This document shows, piece by piece, positions 63,001-64,000 of a DNA stretch of 64,000 bases; within the stretch, counting starts at the first letter, position 1; every line of letters starts with the position of its first letter. Made by a program: the position numbers and the translations under genes. The notes below the pieces were generated by a model. The model searched no databases, had not been told where the DNA came from, and saw nothing but the letters and a program-made list of their open reading frames with translations. Source of the stretch: Chrysomallon squamiferum (taxonomy: Eukaryota > Animalia > Mollusca). Where the stretch lies: NCBI GenBank assembly GCA_012295275.1, contig CM022665.1, positions 1,550,001 through 1,614,000 on the forward strand. Direction: 5' to 3'.

Positions 63001-63742
63001 GAAATATAAACTTAATCTTCACAGATTTTTTCCTAAGATAAATACCAGCTATGAAATCAATTTTATTATTCGTTTTTCTCTTTCTTGACAGTTTTTTTTG
63101 TTTTAGTTCTGTTGAAAGATTTCACCAGTAAAGTGAATTTATCTGAATTCTATGAAATAATTTTCTTCTGTTACGACAATTTCTATAAAATGCTTACCAG
63201 TTTTGAAAGGTTCATATCTCTCAAGACTCTCATCACAATGGTAGGTTCACTGTCTTCTGGATTTGATCTCTTGAAAGACCCAAGTGTTCTTAGTACTGAC
63301 AAGATGTTCCTGAGACCAAAATCATAATGAACCTAAAAATCAGAAAATTAATAAAATATTAATAATTTACATTCATTTTTATGTAATGGAAAGAAAACCA
63401 GAAAATTAATCACATGTTGTAAAACATAAAAACAGTTCTTCCTTAGTTTACATTTTCTTCAGTAAGACTTAAGTTTTTATTGAAAACATCTGTTTATGAA
63501 ACTTTAAGTCTTAATAGGAAACAGCTGTAGGACAAATAAACACATGCCTGTTTACTGAGCTGCTCTTCACAAAGTTTGTAGAGTGTGTAGAATTTTTTCG
63601 ACAGCACAACGTTCTGCAGAAAGCCACATGAAGCAAGTTTCACTCGGATGATAATGGCTCGATCTGGAACCATCATGGCCACTGTACGGAAGTTGATTTT
63701 CAAATTCTCTGGCAGCTCTTGACGGCCAGCATATCCAGGATT
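40781..63742 (-). CDS. DNAH5: Axonemal outer-arm dynein heavy chain, DNAH5/DNAH8 type; 3' portion (end of AAA1 to C-terminus), 42 exons; gene continues beyond the window
   Basis: P-loops [15 protein letters not shown](T), GVGGSGKQS; stalk coiled coils; C-terminus [14 protein letters not shown]. Exons read by eye: 63548-63742, 63198-63332, 62753-62860, 62111-62410, 61485-61728, 60872-60984, 60435-60599, 59649-59774, 59076-59326, 58732-58854, 58078-58320, 57502-57654, 57000-57140, 56565-56658, 56045-56193, 55300-55454, 54816-54969, 54315-54479, 53786-53974, 53290-53446, 52710-52915, 52252-52354, 51675-51862, 51177-51344, 50463-50858, 49553-49747, 49162-49317, 48650-48832, 48244-48487, 47583-47888, 47246-47385, 46680-46847, 46185-46320, 45836-45975, 44958-45122, 44473-44667, 44030-44180, 42999-43267, 42533-42745, 42016-42144, 41617-41743, 40781-41067. 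Confidence 0.95.
50463..50858 (-). CDS. DNAH5: Dynein heavy chain exon, stalk CC2
   Basis: [13 protein letters not shown]...[23 protein letters not shown]; GT/AG flanks. Confidence 0.92.
53468..53544. repeat. (AAT)n microsatellite in a dynein intron
   Basis: Direct inspection. Confidence 0.95.
55300..55454 (-). CDS. DNAH5: Dynein heavy chain exon with AAA4 P-loop
   Basis: [19 protein letters not shown]; GT/AG flanks. Confidence 0.92.
59076..59326 (-). CDS. DNAH5: Dynein heavy chain exon with AAA3 P-loop; contains an apparent 1-nt deletion
   Basis: [15 protein letters not shown]...[10 protein letters not shown], then shifted frame [33 protein letters not shown]. Confidence 0.9.
62111..62410 (-). 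CDS. DNAH5: Dynein heavy chain exon with AAA2 P-loop
   Basis: [16 protein letters not shown]...[28 protein letters not shown]. Confidence 0.93.
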
Positions 63743-64000
63743 CTGTAAAACATTTATGTCATTTGATCTATTATGTACTACTGACCATCAGTGAAGAATA
63801 ATAATGGAGAACAGAAACAAAGTGCTGAAATAGTGAGTATGATGGATACATAAAGACAAAATTATACATGAAAGAAGACACTAGTCTGAATTATAACAAT
63901 TAAAATCTCACCTAAATAAATGTTTTTATATGGGATAAATGCTTTGAATTTCAAAAATATATATTTATTTACAGTGATTTTAAAAATACCTTCTGCTTTT

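Noticed and set aside
40966-63327. Plus-strand ORFs within the dynein locus
   Set aside because: Antisense shadows of dynein exons or intronic noise

Overview
AT-rich, microsatellite-rich eukaryotic (invertebrate-like metazoan) DNA; species not identifiable from sequence. Left to right: degenerate minisatellites (0.5-1.9 kb); an intronless prolyl 4-hydroxylase alpha gene (-, 7150-8648) with one homopolymer frameshift; a single-exon TOPORS-like RING gene (-, 16173-17075) with basic N-terminal repeats and a hydrophobic tail; a ~20.3-kb array (17898-38189) of ~17.5 near-identical ~1137-bp units; a decayed Ty3/gypsy integrase fragment; and the last 42 exons of a DNAH5/DNAH8-type axonemal dynein heavy chain (-, 40781-63742). 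Main finding: the array is not a plain satellite. Each unit holds five different pre-miRNA-like hairpins. Their 5' arms and loops differ, but all share the 3' arm TAGCACTAGCAAATGCTGG(GAG/AGG). G:U wobbles work only on the + strand, and a CNNC motif lies 17-19 nt downstream of each. This gives about 90 copies of one putative mature miRNA (seed AGCACUA), an architecture resembling the miR-430/miR-427 mega-clusters. Folding was done by eye; expression and function are untested inference.
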